Of a stretch of DNA of 64,000 nt, positions 51,848 through 64,000 are shown one piece after another. The translations under genes were made by a program, and so were the position numbers. Every line of letters begins with the position of its first letter. Position 1 is the first letter of the stretch. Where the stretch lies: NCBI GenBank assembly GCA_032718475.1, contig JAUCBJ010007179.1, positions 1-64,000 of the forward strand, in the 5' to 3' direction. Source of the DNA: Nemertoderma westbladi (lineage: Eukaryota > Animalia > Xenacoelomorpha). The notes under the pieces are model-generated. The model searched no databases. It saw nothing but the letters and a program-made list of their open reading frames with translations, and was not told the origin of the DNA.

Positions 51848-54800
51848 TTCGGTAGTTGTAAGTCAAGTAAAGTGAGTGTCAAAGTATCAAATTTACCGTA
51901 TTTATATCTAAACGGTACTAATTACAGTCATATAAAATTAGCCTACCGGCCGATTTTATAGCAGATGGATAAAATTAGCCTAAACGGCCAATTTTACAGC
52001 AAATAAATGTCACGGAATAAGTATATAATAAAATTAGCCTAGCGGCCAATTTTATAACAAATAAATCGGATAACGATATGCGTTATCAAAAGGTAAATTA
52101 AATACAATAATACGGACTAATTCAGCAATGAACAAAGAAATCATACGGAATGCATAAATACTTGAGACAGTGGAACCCACAATAATTTTAACTAATACGG
52201 TAATGCCTAACTTATTTATGCAACTTTTCGAACTCACCCACTCCAATAATTCTCCAGAAAAACAGATTCCCAGATACAAACCGGACGTGAACCTTTCCGT
52301 TTTTAACGTTGCGGACGAAACGCGATTTTCCCAACCAAAGTTGTTGAGTTATCTATCTCCCAAACTTGCTAAACACGGTCTTGCTCCCGTTACAGTCTAG
52401 AAATGAGTTCTGAATCCTGAAAAAAACAAAAGAGTTAGGTTTTACTTTTACGAAAAATTTTGTACCGGTACAATATGGTATTTAAACCCTTTTTAATTCC
52501 AAAAATATTTTACACGCGGTTCAAATCAAATTTTATTTCAAAAAATTAGCACTTAGCTAATCAAATACAAATTTTTACCTCAAAATACAAAATTTTCAAA
52601 TAACTTTAGTCCTACCGAACCGTAGTTCAGTAAAACACATTCCTACTATTTGGAAGAGACGGTAACAATACCTGCAATATCCTACTGTAAAGTTTGTGAA
52701 TCAAATCATAAATCCGACCTTCTCACCAAAACAGTAAACTCTAAGTAAGCAAATATATTGCAGTATTGATCTCTTATAACCGGTGAGGCAGAAAACAGTC
52801 TACGAGCAGACAAACTTCGATAAAACAAAATCCCGCGCAGCGAATCCTAAAATCAGGCTGACTCACTGACGGACTAAGGGGCTCGTATACTTTGCCGCGG
52901 TGTGATTTATATGGTTGAGCAAAGGGACGCTAGCTAGGTACAGGCAGAGATTTGGAGATATCTAACTAGCGGGCAAAGCACAGTACGGACAAAGTTAATT
53001 TTATATATTTTGAGGTGTAAATAATTTCTAACGCACGTGTGTTAATTTTGAACGGTCAAAAACAGTTTTGCTCCTTCACATATATAATTACTGGGTACGG
53101 TGTGCATTTTATGAATATTCTAATTTTGCAACTTGTAGGTCCAATACTCACGAATGATAAGGTTCCTTCCCCTCTTGCGTATTTCCAGGACTCAAATTCA
53201 GGCATAGGGTTAATGCTACGCCCAGAATTCGGCAATTTTAGGTACCAGGTCCCTGATACTAAGAAGAGATGTGTTAGTTTACTACTGTAGGCGTACAGTT
53301 ACTAATAGCTATCCTGGCTCCTATCTAGAATTTTAGTCACCCAGGTAGTCCGGGTAACTTCCTATTAGGGCGTTGGCGGGGACACGATAGATGTTAGTAT
53401 ATCCCTAATAGCCTCGATTTATTTGCGCCTAGCTGTAAACTGCCCTACCGCCTGAACGGTACAATCCCAATTCAGGTGAAAACACAGCAACCCCCCTAGC
53501 CTACAAGTTCTAATGCAATGGACACTGTCGTACTACAAATAGTCGCACACACACCTGTACTTAGCAAGGGTTAGGCGTACAGTTTGCTGCACCCTACCAA
53601 TTTGTATGCTTCGTACCGGTGTGCCTACGTCCTATCTGCGTACTAGTATCTGCCTGCTCTCCCCCTCCGTAGGAATGTGAAGGTCTACTGTGGTTTTTCC
53701 TGGATTAAGACAGTACAGTCCCTAAGATCTAATTTTAGGCTCACAGCGTGTCACTACTTCTACCTTTTGATCTTTTGGTCTTATACTTAGGTAGCAAGGC
53801 GTCGAACGCTGTCTAACCTTTCAGGCGATGGGCGAATAACTCAAGATGGTATTGCGGGTTGTCTCTTGTCTACATTCCCGTGATGTTCCCGTTCATTGCT
53901 GCGGCCCGATCTCTAGCCGGCCATCACTGACCAGTCTACCTACTGTAATCACTCATACAACTACTGTACTAACTGTACTCATCTCTCTTACACTCTAGCC
54001 TTGGCTATCTGGCATCTCCTAACTAACCTCTCCCTACATAATCTTCCCTATATTTCTAGCGTTGCGTGCATTTTGGGTGGAGGTTATAGATCTTATAAGG
54101 ACACATGGCGCAAAGTGGTTTCTGGTTTGTTTCGTTCGGATGTGGGTTTCAATAGCAGACACTATGTCTTGGCTAATCTAAGGCCTTTAAGAGCCCGATT
54201 TGCGTTACAACGTTTTCTCACTCAAATTTACTAAATTTGCTTAGAAGACGCGATTGGTCGCCAAACACCCCCAAACTGGTAAGAAAATCCTAACTGTGTA
54301 AGCTTGGAAGAACGCTTCTGGTAGTAGGTTATAACAATGAAAGCGTTTGTGTTATTGTGTAAACATTGTAGAAATAGTGGCTACTCTAACTACAGATGGC
54401 ATTCTAGAATAGTGGTTCATATTTACAAGGAAACAATATAATTATGGATTTCCGAGGGTAAATTTTACAGCTTAACACCCAAGTTACTGTGTCTCGTCTC
54501 ACAGTAACGAGTTATTCAACTTTAAAACCGGATCAAATTTATTGGGACATCTGGTATTTAAATATTTGTAATTTTAATATAATTTTAATAAATTTAATTT
54601 TAATATATTTTCATTTTAAATATTTTTTTAAATATTCTTTACTGCGACTTACATATTGTTCGTGAAGAACATTACAGTAGTACCGATAAAAACTTTTAGT
54701 TTCGTTGTTTATGATTAGTAACGTTAACGGTTTAAGAGTCACTAAATGAGTTTGAGTCAATTGGGCTAAATCTAACTAAAATAGAAAAAATAGGCTCTGT

Positions 54801-55479
54801 ATTGTAATCCACTGGTTCTGCACTGTAATGTACAGTAACTGTCCTTTAAATAGAAAATGATTTAATTAAAAAAGCGGTCATTTAAAATGGTAGCTTTTAG
54901 CGCAGCGGTTACACCAATGAGAGACTAGGTCATCGAACCTAAAGCTGAAAGTGAAATGGAGAAACTAATAGTTTTTGGTGACTGGGGTGGACTCTACCAA
55001 CTTTTGCAGTGCGGCATAGTACAAGGTACTCAGCTATCCTAGCGGACACGTGACTGCAGTACTATCAGAGAGCAGTAAAGTACTGAAGTGGTACCGTAGC
55101 CATTGCCAGTATCATTTTGGAGATTAATCATATACGTGGCTATAGGCCTACTACACCGAGTATACCCCTATTATATAAATAATACAGTTATTGCACCAAA
55201 AGGAATAATGAAACATGCAGTCCTTATCTCATTCTTGATACCCTTTCTCTAAACCAACTTTCATTAACTCAAAAATGTCTGGGTTACTCAAACCCAAACT
55301 CAAACATACGTAACCCCCCACTGTAGCTCAGTATCATGCAGCGAGCTGTGTATTTGATGGACCACTCCCAATGTTAAACACGGCTCTTCACAGGACATAT
55401 TTTAGTAAAGCCCACATAAAGGAACGGCGTGATTGACCTTTTAAAAAAATTTATTTATTATTTCATTACAAAAAAATGG

Positions 55480-56789
55480 TAATATTTATCAAAATTCCAT
55501 AAGATAACTTTTAAATAGCTTCCAAAGCTCTTTCGAATGAGCCAGAAATTAAGAAAATTGGTTGAAAAATTACGGAGGAGTAGTAATTTGAAAATGAAAA
55601 ATGTCATTCCGAGAAAATTCCCTTCAAAGTTTAAACCGTCCCGCCAAAATTGGCTGTCTGTGTTCTGGTTGGTTAATTATTTCAGGCACAAAGGAAGCAC
55701 TACTACTACTACTACTAGGTCGAGCGAACTCGGACAGTGGAAATGAGATCCTTCCAGGCTTCCCGATTCTCCATAGTTGTCGCAATTTGGTTTCTCCCAA
55801 GTTCAGTATCCCTTTCAAGTTGATCTATATATGTAATGGCCGGTCGTCCACGACTACGTTCTCCATGAGTTGGTTGCTGGAGAAGTAGATCTGGTATGAC
55901 CTCGTCTTTACTTCGCCAGCAGTGCCCACTAAATCTTAATCTGCGTTCACAGAGGGTGGTTGATACAGGTGGTATTGTACCATAAAGCTCGGCGTTTGTC
56001 ATGTGTTGTCTCCAGCTGATGTTTAGGGCTGCCCTTAGTAGTCTTGTGTAACAACCATCAATTCGTTGTTCAAGTGATTTAGTCAGTGTCCAGGTCTCAC
56101 CCCCGTATAAAAATACACTTTCCACTGTGGCTCGAAAGAACTTAGTCTTCAGGTGCCTGGAGAGATCTGATTTCCAGATGGTATCCATTTTTGATAGTGC
56201 TACCTAAGCCTTTGCTTTCCTAACTTCTATGTCCTTTTTGCTACTCTCTATCCATGATCCAAGGTACTGGAAGTCATCGACCTTCCTTAGTTGATTATTA
56301 TCAATCGTTTTTAAGTTTCCATCAACATTAAAGGTCATGAATTCGGTCTTGGTAGCATTTATATGCAATCCAACCTCCTTCGCAGCCCTCTCCACTTTAT
56401 TTAGTAGAAGCTGTGCATCTGCTAGCGTATTAGAGAGCAGGGCGATGTCATCCGCAAAGTCGGTGTCTGTGACTGTAGTTGCCGGATATCTACTACTTCT
56501 GCGTTCTTGAAGTGTGAATCCCAGATCTTCACCCTTTGTGGCCATCCTCATTGCGTAATCCAGCACAATTACAAATAGTAATGGTGCTAATGTGTCACCT
56601 TGCAGTACCCCAGCCAGGATTGAGAAAAACTCAGTTTCACCATCTGGTGAGAGTACCTGCGCTTCTCTAAGGTCTCACTAAGCTGTTTTCAGATTTGTAA
56701 TCCTCATTAAATTCTGCTCTAGATTAAATAAAGAATCAACATTTTGAAAATTTGACCTGGGGGGGGGGGGGGGGTATACCCCCCCACCC
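55480..56789. mobile_element. Second, truncated copy of the Kolobok-like element
   Basis: Matches about 6020-6238 and 6418-6458 plus 9988-10070; ends G(n)TATAC(n)-TTAA; lacks the piggyBac. Confidence 0.88.
55701..56669 (-). mobile_element. 5'-truncated RTE-clade LINE
   Basis: GVLQGDTLAPLLF, DFADD, LYGGETWT, RLRFSGHCWR and RGRP; (TAG)n tail; one internal stop. Confidence 0.92.
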
Positions 56790-59384
56790 TTAAATCAAGA
56801 GCATATGCTGCTGACAGGGGCCCCTTTCATGTTGTGTCTCACTCAACAAGAGTAATTACCCATCCGGTAGATGTACAACAATGCTGAGTGAGTATGGCAC
56901 TGTTGGAGGTCAAATTCACTCAAACCGTGGCGCCAGTAGTGTTTACTTTGAGTTAGTTTGAGCTGGCTGGCTCGCTCTGATTGCTAAACTCCTACCTTAC
57001 TCTTACCTCCCGAAATTCTCCGTTACTATCATTAGTAAAATGTTTGAGAAATGGTACTCAGAATGAGATAGGGACTGTACATATTATGGAAATGAAATAA
57101 ATTTCGAATTACTGTTTGTCCAAGATAACCTATACTATATTTATATGTAGGCCTACATATTGCCAAATATATATATTTTCGCGACACTATTGAACATTGT
57201 ATATCAGTGTTTGTACTGTATAAATATAAAATCATAATCAAGTGTGTTGGGGATACGAATATAACGGTAGTGAAAATCATTCCGTGTCAAACGATTAATA
57301 TAAATAATAAAAAGGGCGCTTAATGTCGAATTATCCCTGAACGCAGATTATGATTCTGTGGGCACTGCTGGCATTACCAGATCTTATTAGAAACTTTGAT
57401 TTCTTACTTGAAAGTTAAATGGCATCTCTAGCATTGACTACCAATCAGAAGTAACAACTATTTCCCAACTGACTATTATTGCGCAAACCTTTTATATCCT
57501 GTTCTATTGAAATATACAGTAGCCAAAGTCTTTTTACGAGATAAAAGTTGAAAGTACAGTAGAATAGTACGGGCCTAATAGTACGGTAAAATACAGCACC
57601 AACCTGTTTACTACATACAAGCATTGAAAGGGTTTTCCTGGATTTTTGAATTCAGAAGAAGTCGGAACTTAAGGAACGATTATTTAGAGCAGCAGTAGTT
57701 AGTACCAGTACTCCTCTATGGGGTCCATGGGGGGATCTAACTGCTGAGGACTCAAAATCATTGGTTGGCACATATACAATAATGCTACATAGATATTCAC
57801 TACAACAATTGTGTATATTAGCCAGTACTGCTAATATTAATATTCTGTTAACTGTTGTATATATTTGCCTGAAGAAGGACTATAATCTAATCACAAATCA
57901 TTTATACCGACCTTAACTTAATTTTGATTGAGGGTGCTGACCTTCATTCTCTGTAATAAATATATTTAATATTATTTTAGAATAATTATTACTCTAAAAG
58001 ACACCGACGAAATATAATAAAACTAACAGATTCGGTATCAGGTTGAATAAAAGTCTAGAAAAATGCTATAATTTGGTCTGGGCATTTTTTTATAATATGT
58101 ATAGCATTATTATAAATATTATTACTAATTTATTTTGTATTATTTAAGAAAAAGACACCGACAAAAGATTTTGAAAATAACATTTTTAGAATAAGGGCGT
58201 TGAAGTGCCCCGAAAAATGAAATCAGTTTGGCCGGGCTTTTTTCTATTATAAAAAGTTGATTTTGTAGTTGGAGGCTCATTTCTGTGCCACGGCAAATGG
58301 TTAAAGTTATGTCATCAGTCGAATAAAACACGTTCGTGGTGCCTTTGTTCGCGCTTTTAGACCTTTAGCAGTTTAACCTGCCAATTTTAGGTGTCTTCTT
58401 GTTTATAAATCGACTTTAGCCTATAACAATTATTTAGTGCACATGAAGTTACATTAGCCGAAGCCAGTCTATGCGCGATCATTCACCCACAGTTAAGGGA
58501 GACTGGATTTGGATGCTTTGACCTTATTGCGGTATAGACCTACTGTATTATTCGATTGATCACTACTATATAATAATCTCTGACAATATTATTCACTTTC
58601 AGGGAAATATTAACAGTTCCTTTAGGACGTGGCGCTTTAAGTATATAAACAGAGTTATGACTTATACTAAACACAACGAGATGGCGACTGATTTCCGTAA
58701 ATAGCGCATTCTTTAGGAGATGCTTTATTATCTGTCACACTACTGCACACTACTGCACACTGATCTGCCGACCGTCACTGAATTTGATCATATATAAGGA
58801 GGATAGCAACTGACACATGTAGGGATTATGAAATAGCATTTAATACACTCAAAAACCACTATAATGTAAGTCGCAATTGCTACAGGTAACCGGTCCCTCT
58901 TACCTTCAGTAATCAAGAAGATTCGGGGTTTTATGATTATTTATCGGTATTCTCCAAATATAACAACATATCCATCAACATATAACAATTAATAACAGTC
59001 AGTAAACAGAAGTAAAATAATGCGGCGAAAGTCAGTATTTCGGTAGGTGCCGAGTTTGGTATGACCATATGACAATATGATATGATATGACAATATGATA
59101 ATAGATTTACGTTTTTGTAATCAAAGCCGTCTAATGTTTGGCCAAAGTCTGAAACTTCTACAGAAGAACAGAAGAACTTCCAAGCCGATGTTCCGAGGCT
59201 CAGAAAAGGTAAACAAAGACCGAAATGCATTGTGCAGTTTTACATAGGCCCTTGTCCAACATAAACTGAAAATCGCTCTGATTGGCAGAGCAGAACAAAG
59301 AGAGGTTCCACATCGACAGGAAATCAGCTGACAGATTTCGTCATCTGAATTACAATCTTTTTAGAGTATTAGCGCATTGCGGCA

Positions 59385-59510
59385 TAAAATGGCTTGTTAT
59401 GTCCGCTAAAGCACCTACACGGTACAATGCTGAGAAAATGGCTTGTTATGTCCGCTAAAACACCTACACGGTACATTGCGGAGAAAATGGCTTGTTATGT
59501 CCGCAAAAGC
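59385..59510. repeat. ~51-bp tandem repeat, about 2.5 copies
   Basis: AAAATGGCTTGTTATGTCCGC occurs three times. Confidence 0.8.
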
Positions 59511-60634
59511 TTTTACAGCCTTCGCGCAGCACGAGGCTCAGTTATGAAATACAAATTTAAATTGAGCAATTCTACCACAAAATGTGTATTTAAGAAATTA
59601 ACCAAGCCGCAAATAAATCATGGAGGGGAAAGTTGCTTGCTTTCGACCCCCTCTTAATCTGCACCCCAACCCAAAGGCACATAGAGGATTGATGACAGGC
59701 AGGTATTAACAGAAAATTGCTGTTTTATAAGTAATATATTTTAGGCGTGGAGGCGACCCAATATGTAATAGTATAACTTACCTTATGCCGTTTTAGTACT
59801 GATACTGAAATATTAATTTACCATGTCGATGTCTCAACAAAATTATTAAGCTATATTTATTCTAAAGAATCTCCATTTAATACTCAGCCACTCATTTTTT
59901 GAGATAAACAATAAGCAAGCTGTCGTATTACTCTAGGGCCTAACACTATTGCATGTCCTATAGAATTACACCTTGCTGGAATAGTGGTGAGGTGAAACTG
60001 ATTCGAGCGGACTGATTCCTAGCCCGGTAAACACAACGGACGTGTTCTAGCACATATCTGACGTTTCAGCTAAATCAGTGATTGCACTTTGAGATATTTA
60101 GCCCTCTTGCGCCAGACTAGAGAACTGCAGACGGATGAGCGTCCTTTGAATGACACAGTTAATGGTCTAGTACAAATATGCCAAGTTTCAGCTAGAACGG
60201 GTTTAAAGCAAAAAAATGTAAGGATATTTATTGTCTAGACATGTAGCCCTCTAACGTTAGACTGTTGATTTGATGGTTTCTGGAAGTCCCTAAAAAACTA
60301 AACTTATGGTCTTATTGATGCCTACTAATTTTCGACACGAAAGCTTTAATCCGACGAAGCAATAAGTAGGTCAAATTCGTAGCGACGATGTTGACATACA
60401 GTACTATTATTGAATGAACTATTTGACATAATTGACCTACCCCCCTAAGAGATAGCTTCAGTTGACAAAGGCTCGTGGCCATATAAAAGGTTCGTGGCTC
60501 GTACCCCATACCCCATGCTATAAATGTATTCGTCGATATACAATCATATATTAATCCGCAAGGTGGTGTCAAATTGCTATTCTGGATATTCCTACTTTAT
60601 CAGTGCACAGTACAGCAGTACCCTACCGGTATGC

Positions 60635-61030
60635 ATATTTATTTAATTACTTCGGAGTCTTAGCGGATCCCCAATTAAATGGCTTAACTTTTCAATTTTG
60701 CAAGAGATAGACTTTATAATTCTCTACAAGCAACCAAAATTTCAGCTTTGGAAAATGATGCGTTCCCGAGTAATTTAACATTTTCTAAAAATCACATAAT
60801 CTGTCGTAGCTGATGTCAGACTAAATTATATTTCACCAAACTTTTAGTAGAAATTTTCTAAACTTTCCCTCTACTACTTACCTACTAAGTTTGGATTAAT
60901 TCCGAACCGGCGATGCCGAGAAATTCGCGTCCAAACATTTAACAGACAGAGGGACAGACGGTGACGGACATGCCCCAGTTGCCCTATATGAACCGTATGC
61001 CAAGGCTCGCCGACTACGTGTCTCGCCCCA
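60635..61030 (+). mobile_element. Possible Helitron/Helentron-type non-autonomous element
   Basis: GACA microsatellite followed by a GGCTCGCCGACTACGTGTCTCGCCCC end motif; related CTTCGTGGCTCGCCCC motifs near 18770 and 62230. Boundaries approximate. Confidence 0.35.
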
Positions 61031-61857
61031 CAGACAGGGAAATGACATATTCAGTAAATTATTGTTTGTCCAAGATAACCTCGAGAGACTTTATTTATTT
61101 ATGTACCCGTGCTTAATATCACTTATGTACTGTAGGCTTACATAATCTTATTTTTTCAAATAATACGCTATTCATTGTAATCTACCAGATGCAAATAAAC
61201 TTTGTACAGTATTTCAGTTGATTGTAGGCCTACTTCATATAAAGTAAATGGAGAAGATGGATTGGCATAATACAATTATTAACGCAAACTAATGCTGATT
61301 ATCATTTTGTACAGTAGTCAAAGTTACACGTTCGTGGGGCCATCGTGCAGCACGAGAGCCTATGTTAGAAAGTACATCATACTAATCTCTATTAGAAATA
61401 CGAAAACCGTCTTTCCCAAAATATATATGAGTGAAGGCGATGCAATCAGATTGTGATAAACTAGTTTTAAAGACAAAGATCCATTTCAGTTTGCCCTTAC
61501 ACACTTTAACTGTGATTTGTAAACCTTTTTTTTAACTATGGCCATTTAAGTTAAGTATGACATTTTTAATTATACAATACTCTTCTCCTTTATTAGCCTC
61601 GTTGCGCTCATCCTGTTTTGTCTTAAAATAATTTCCTAAACGGAGACTAACGACCTTTATAACTATGCAAAGTCTCGAAACTGTGAGAGTAACTGCTGAT
61701 TTATGGCAGATGGATACTCGTATCCACTGTAAACTCGTTGCGTTCGTTCGTTTTTGATCAAACTTTAGATTCTTTCTAAACTTTTGCTAAACTACATACG
61801 TACCAAGTTTTGTTTAATTTCATCAAGTAATAACCGAGTTATTAGCGATCAAAACTT

Positions 61858-62190
61858 TACGACGACGACGATGACGACGACGTCTACTACTACTACTACT
61901 ACTAGGATCGGCATGCTGCATTGCAGCTGCATTTTTAAGAATGCTGTGCCGGCTTGTCAACAAAATTGCACCGCCACAACTCCCTATCACCCATGACATT
62001 TGCTAGATCATCCGCATCTTTAAGGCCAGTGTCCTTTAAGATGCGTCTCAAGAAAGTCATGGACTGTCCACCATGCTTATTCACTCCATGAGGCTGCCAA
62101 AGTACAAGATTATGCACTGGCTGGTCCTCACGGCGAAAGCAATGTCCGGCAAAGCGGACGACGACGTCAGACGACGACGACGACGACAGA
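61858..62190 (-). mobile_element. RTE-clade LINE 3' end
   Basis: RFAGHCFRREDQPVHNLVLWQP..DRELWR followed by a (TAG)n(TCG)n tail. Confidence 0.8.
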
Positions 62191-62459
62191 CTACTCGTTA
62201 ATGGCACCCATATGCTAAGGCTTCGCTCACTTCGTGGCTCGCCCCACACTCGAAGAATATTTTGGCCAAAACAATACCGAGACTCAAGAACACAGGTTAC
62301 ATTTTTATAATTCTCATTGACGATTGACAGTGAAGCGTTTACTCTTGGTTCATTCAGCTATGTTTAAACGCTATTAGGGATAGGATTATAAAATTCTAAA
62401 TAATTGGCGCTTGGAGGGTAATCGAAGACCTGCTGTATCAGCAAAGAATAACAGATGTC

Positions 62460-63480
62460 GGGCTATTGACTTTGTGGACTTCTTTAAAGTATTCGACTCA
62501 GTCTCCCAACCACGGATGTTTAGCATACTAGTAGCACATTGGATTCCTGAGGAGATTATTGCAGCTATCCGATCACTTATATATACGATATGATATATTA
62601 TGTATAATATCTGTATAATATATGATATATATTATATGGACGGTGTGATATATCTGCGATGGTCCCACCACATTTGTGTCTTCTGCTGGTGGTGACACAG
62701 ATCCATTAGAAGTTTTTCGGTGAGTCGTTCAGGGTGACACACATGCACCATTCTTATTCTTAATTGTGATTGATTATGTTCTACGCATGTCCTTAGATCA
62801 TCTTAATAAAGATGGGGTGATGGTAACACCCCCTACTGGCACACGAAGTAGAAGAAATCCAACAAAGTACCTAAATACAGTAATAAGTGAATTGTTGTGG
62901 GGTGAGTGACGCGGTGAATTAAATATACAATGTAAATAAGACAATATGATAATGCTCTCCCTAGGTACCGGGTTCGAGCCCCAATAGGGCCGGTTGATAT
63001 TTTTCGCTATGGAGAGTATTATCATATTGTCTTATTTACATTGTATATTTAAAGTACCTAAATGATCTAGACTTTGCTGATGACTTAGGGGTACTGTCAG
63101 AATCACTAGTGGGAGCCCAAATTCTCATTTGCTAATTGGATCAGGTTGCTTCTAATTTTGGTATTTTTGTAATCTCTTATAAGACCAAAATTATGACAGT
63201 GAACCTGACAGCCCCCACGAAATGTGTGATCGTACAGTAAATGTGGATGACTTCTGCTACTTGGGATCATGGATCCGAAAGTCAGGTGAAGACTTTCGGA
63301 TACGTAAGGGGAAGTCATGGGCAGCGTTAAATAGTCTGTCCAGGAATTGGAAGGCCCATAGAATAAAACGGAACCTTAAGGTTCGATTATTTCTTGCAGT
63401 AGTACTGTAGTACCAGTAGTCTTATATGGGAGTCCATGGTGGGCTCTAACTGCAGAGGATACCAAATCTCTGGATTTAGT
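62460..63480 (+). mobile_element. Degenerate RTE-clade RT fragment
   Basis: FVDFFKVFDSV, QGDTHAPFLFLIVIDYVLR, DLDFADDL, VDDFCYLGSWI and LYGS; a related short fragment lies near 57700-57770. Confidence 0.85.
62877..63050 (+). mobile_element. 174-bp hairpin insertion with a tRNA B box
   Basis: 13-bp TSD AAAGTACCTAAAT (62864-62876, 63051-63063); ~42-bp inverted repeat enclosing GGTTCGAGCCC. Confidence 0.75.
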
Positions 63481-64000
63481 ATTGGCGTTATTGGTAAAAA
63501 AGCGCCAGACTTTACCAGTTCGATCCCGCCTGGACGTCACTGTCGACTTTGCAAAGCCTAACAAATAGTTATAAATCTCTGGATGGCACTTTCGCAAGAA
63601 TGCTGCGCCAGGTTGATTGCGTCAAGTACAATGAACACATCTCCAATGAGACTTATACAACATGGGGGACGTGTTGACGTTTCCTCAAATTTATTCATCT
63701 TTCAAATGAAAGAGAAACTATCTTTAACTCATACAGGACCTTTCTCGTACCCATGTCAAGATTTTTGAAAATAAAAAAATAAAAAAATTATAGAGTAAAT
63801 TATAAAGTTGCCCAAAACCATACAAATCCTATTATATATCGCTTTTTTTTATGTGTAGTTGAGTACAATATTTCTAATGTTTAGTTCAGATGTCTAACAG
63901 GTATTTTTCGTGCTGGCACCAAAATTGGGTGCTATGCGAAATTTTCAAAATTAATTGTTTCGAAATTATCATTATTTGACATAAATTGCCTCTGTGATCA

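Larger units (their letters stand above)
40555..53924 (-). mobile_element. BEL/Pao LTR retrotransposon, 13.4 kb, recent insertion
   Basis: 1277-bp LTRs at 40555-41831 and 52648-53924 (2 differences seen); PPT AAGGGACAGG abutting the 3' LTR; CACT on both flanks; complete gag-pol. Confidence 0.96.

Noticed and set aside
53560-53668. HDV-like ribozyme just 3' of the anti-PBS
   Set aside because: I could not find a P1 partner or nested pseudoknot by eye; the G-rich segment pairs better with the U5 end.
56800-60600. Host gene exons
   Set aside because: Only short AT-rich ORFs with no recognisable domain or consistent splice phases; small exons cannot be excluded.
61858-63480. Twin-priming inversion of a single RTE element
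   Set aside because: Geometry is compatible, but about 270 bp of unrelated DNA separates the parts and I found no TSD.

Overview
Repeat-rich animal (probably invertebrate) genomic DNA with no prokaryotic features. It holds two host genes on the minus strand: a spliced FAM81-family gene (three coding exons reconstructed in frame, RFX X-box upstream, continuing off the left edge) and an intronless Nup62. The rest is mostly nested mobile DNA: a piggyBac inside a Kolobok-like element beside a Harbinger MITE, a satellite-armed IS3EU-like foldback element, CR1/L2-group/RTE/CRE LINE remnants, tRNA-SINEs, tandem arrays, and two BEL/Pao-type LTR elements (a gag-only 6.4 kb element and a near-intact 13.4 kb element). 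The strongest observation is that neither LTR element has a tRNA primer-binding site. In each, the PBS position is perfectly complementary (10 and 11 nt, with flanking helices) to a segment of its own LTR, which is the architecture of Tf1-type self-primed reverse transcription. I know this only from Ty3/Gypsy chromoviruses, not BEL/Pao. The large element also has non-TG..CA ends, an extra triple zinc-knuckle ORF in the env position, at least 7 dispersed hairpins and an internal tRNA-like unit. All alignments were done by eye.
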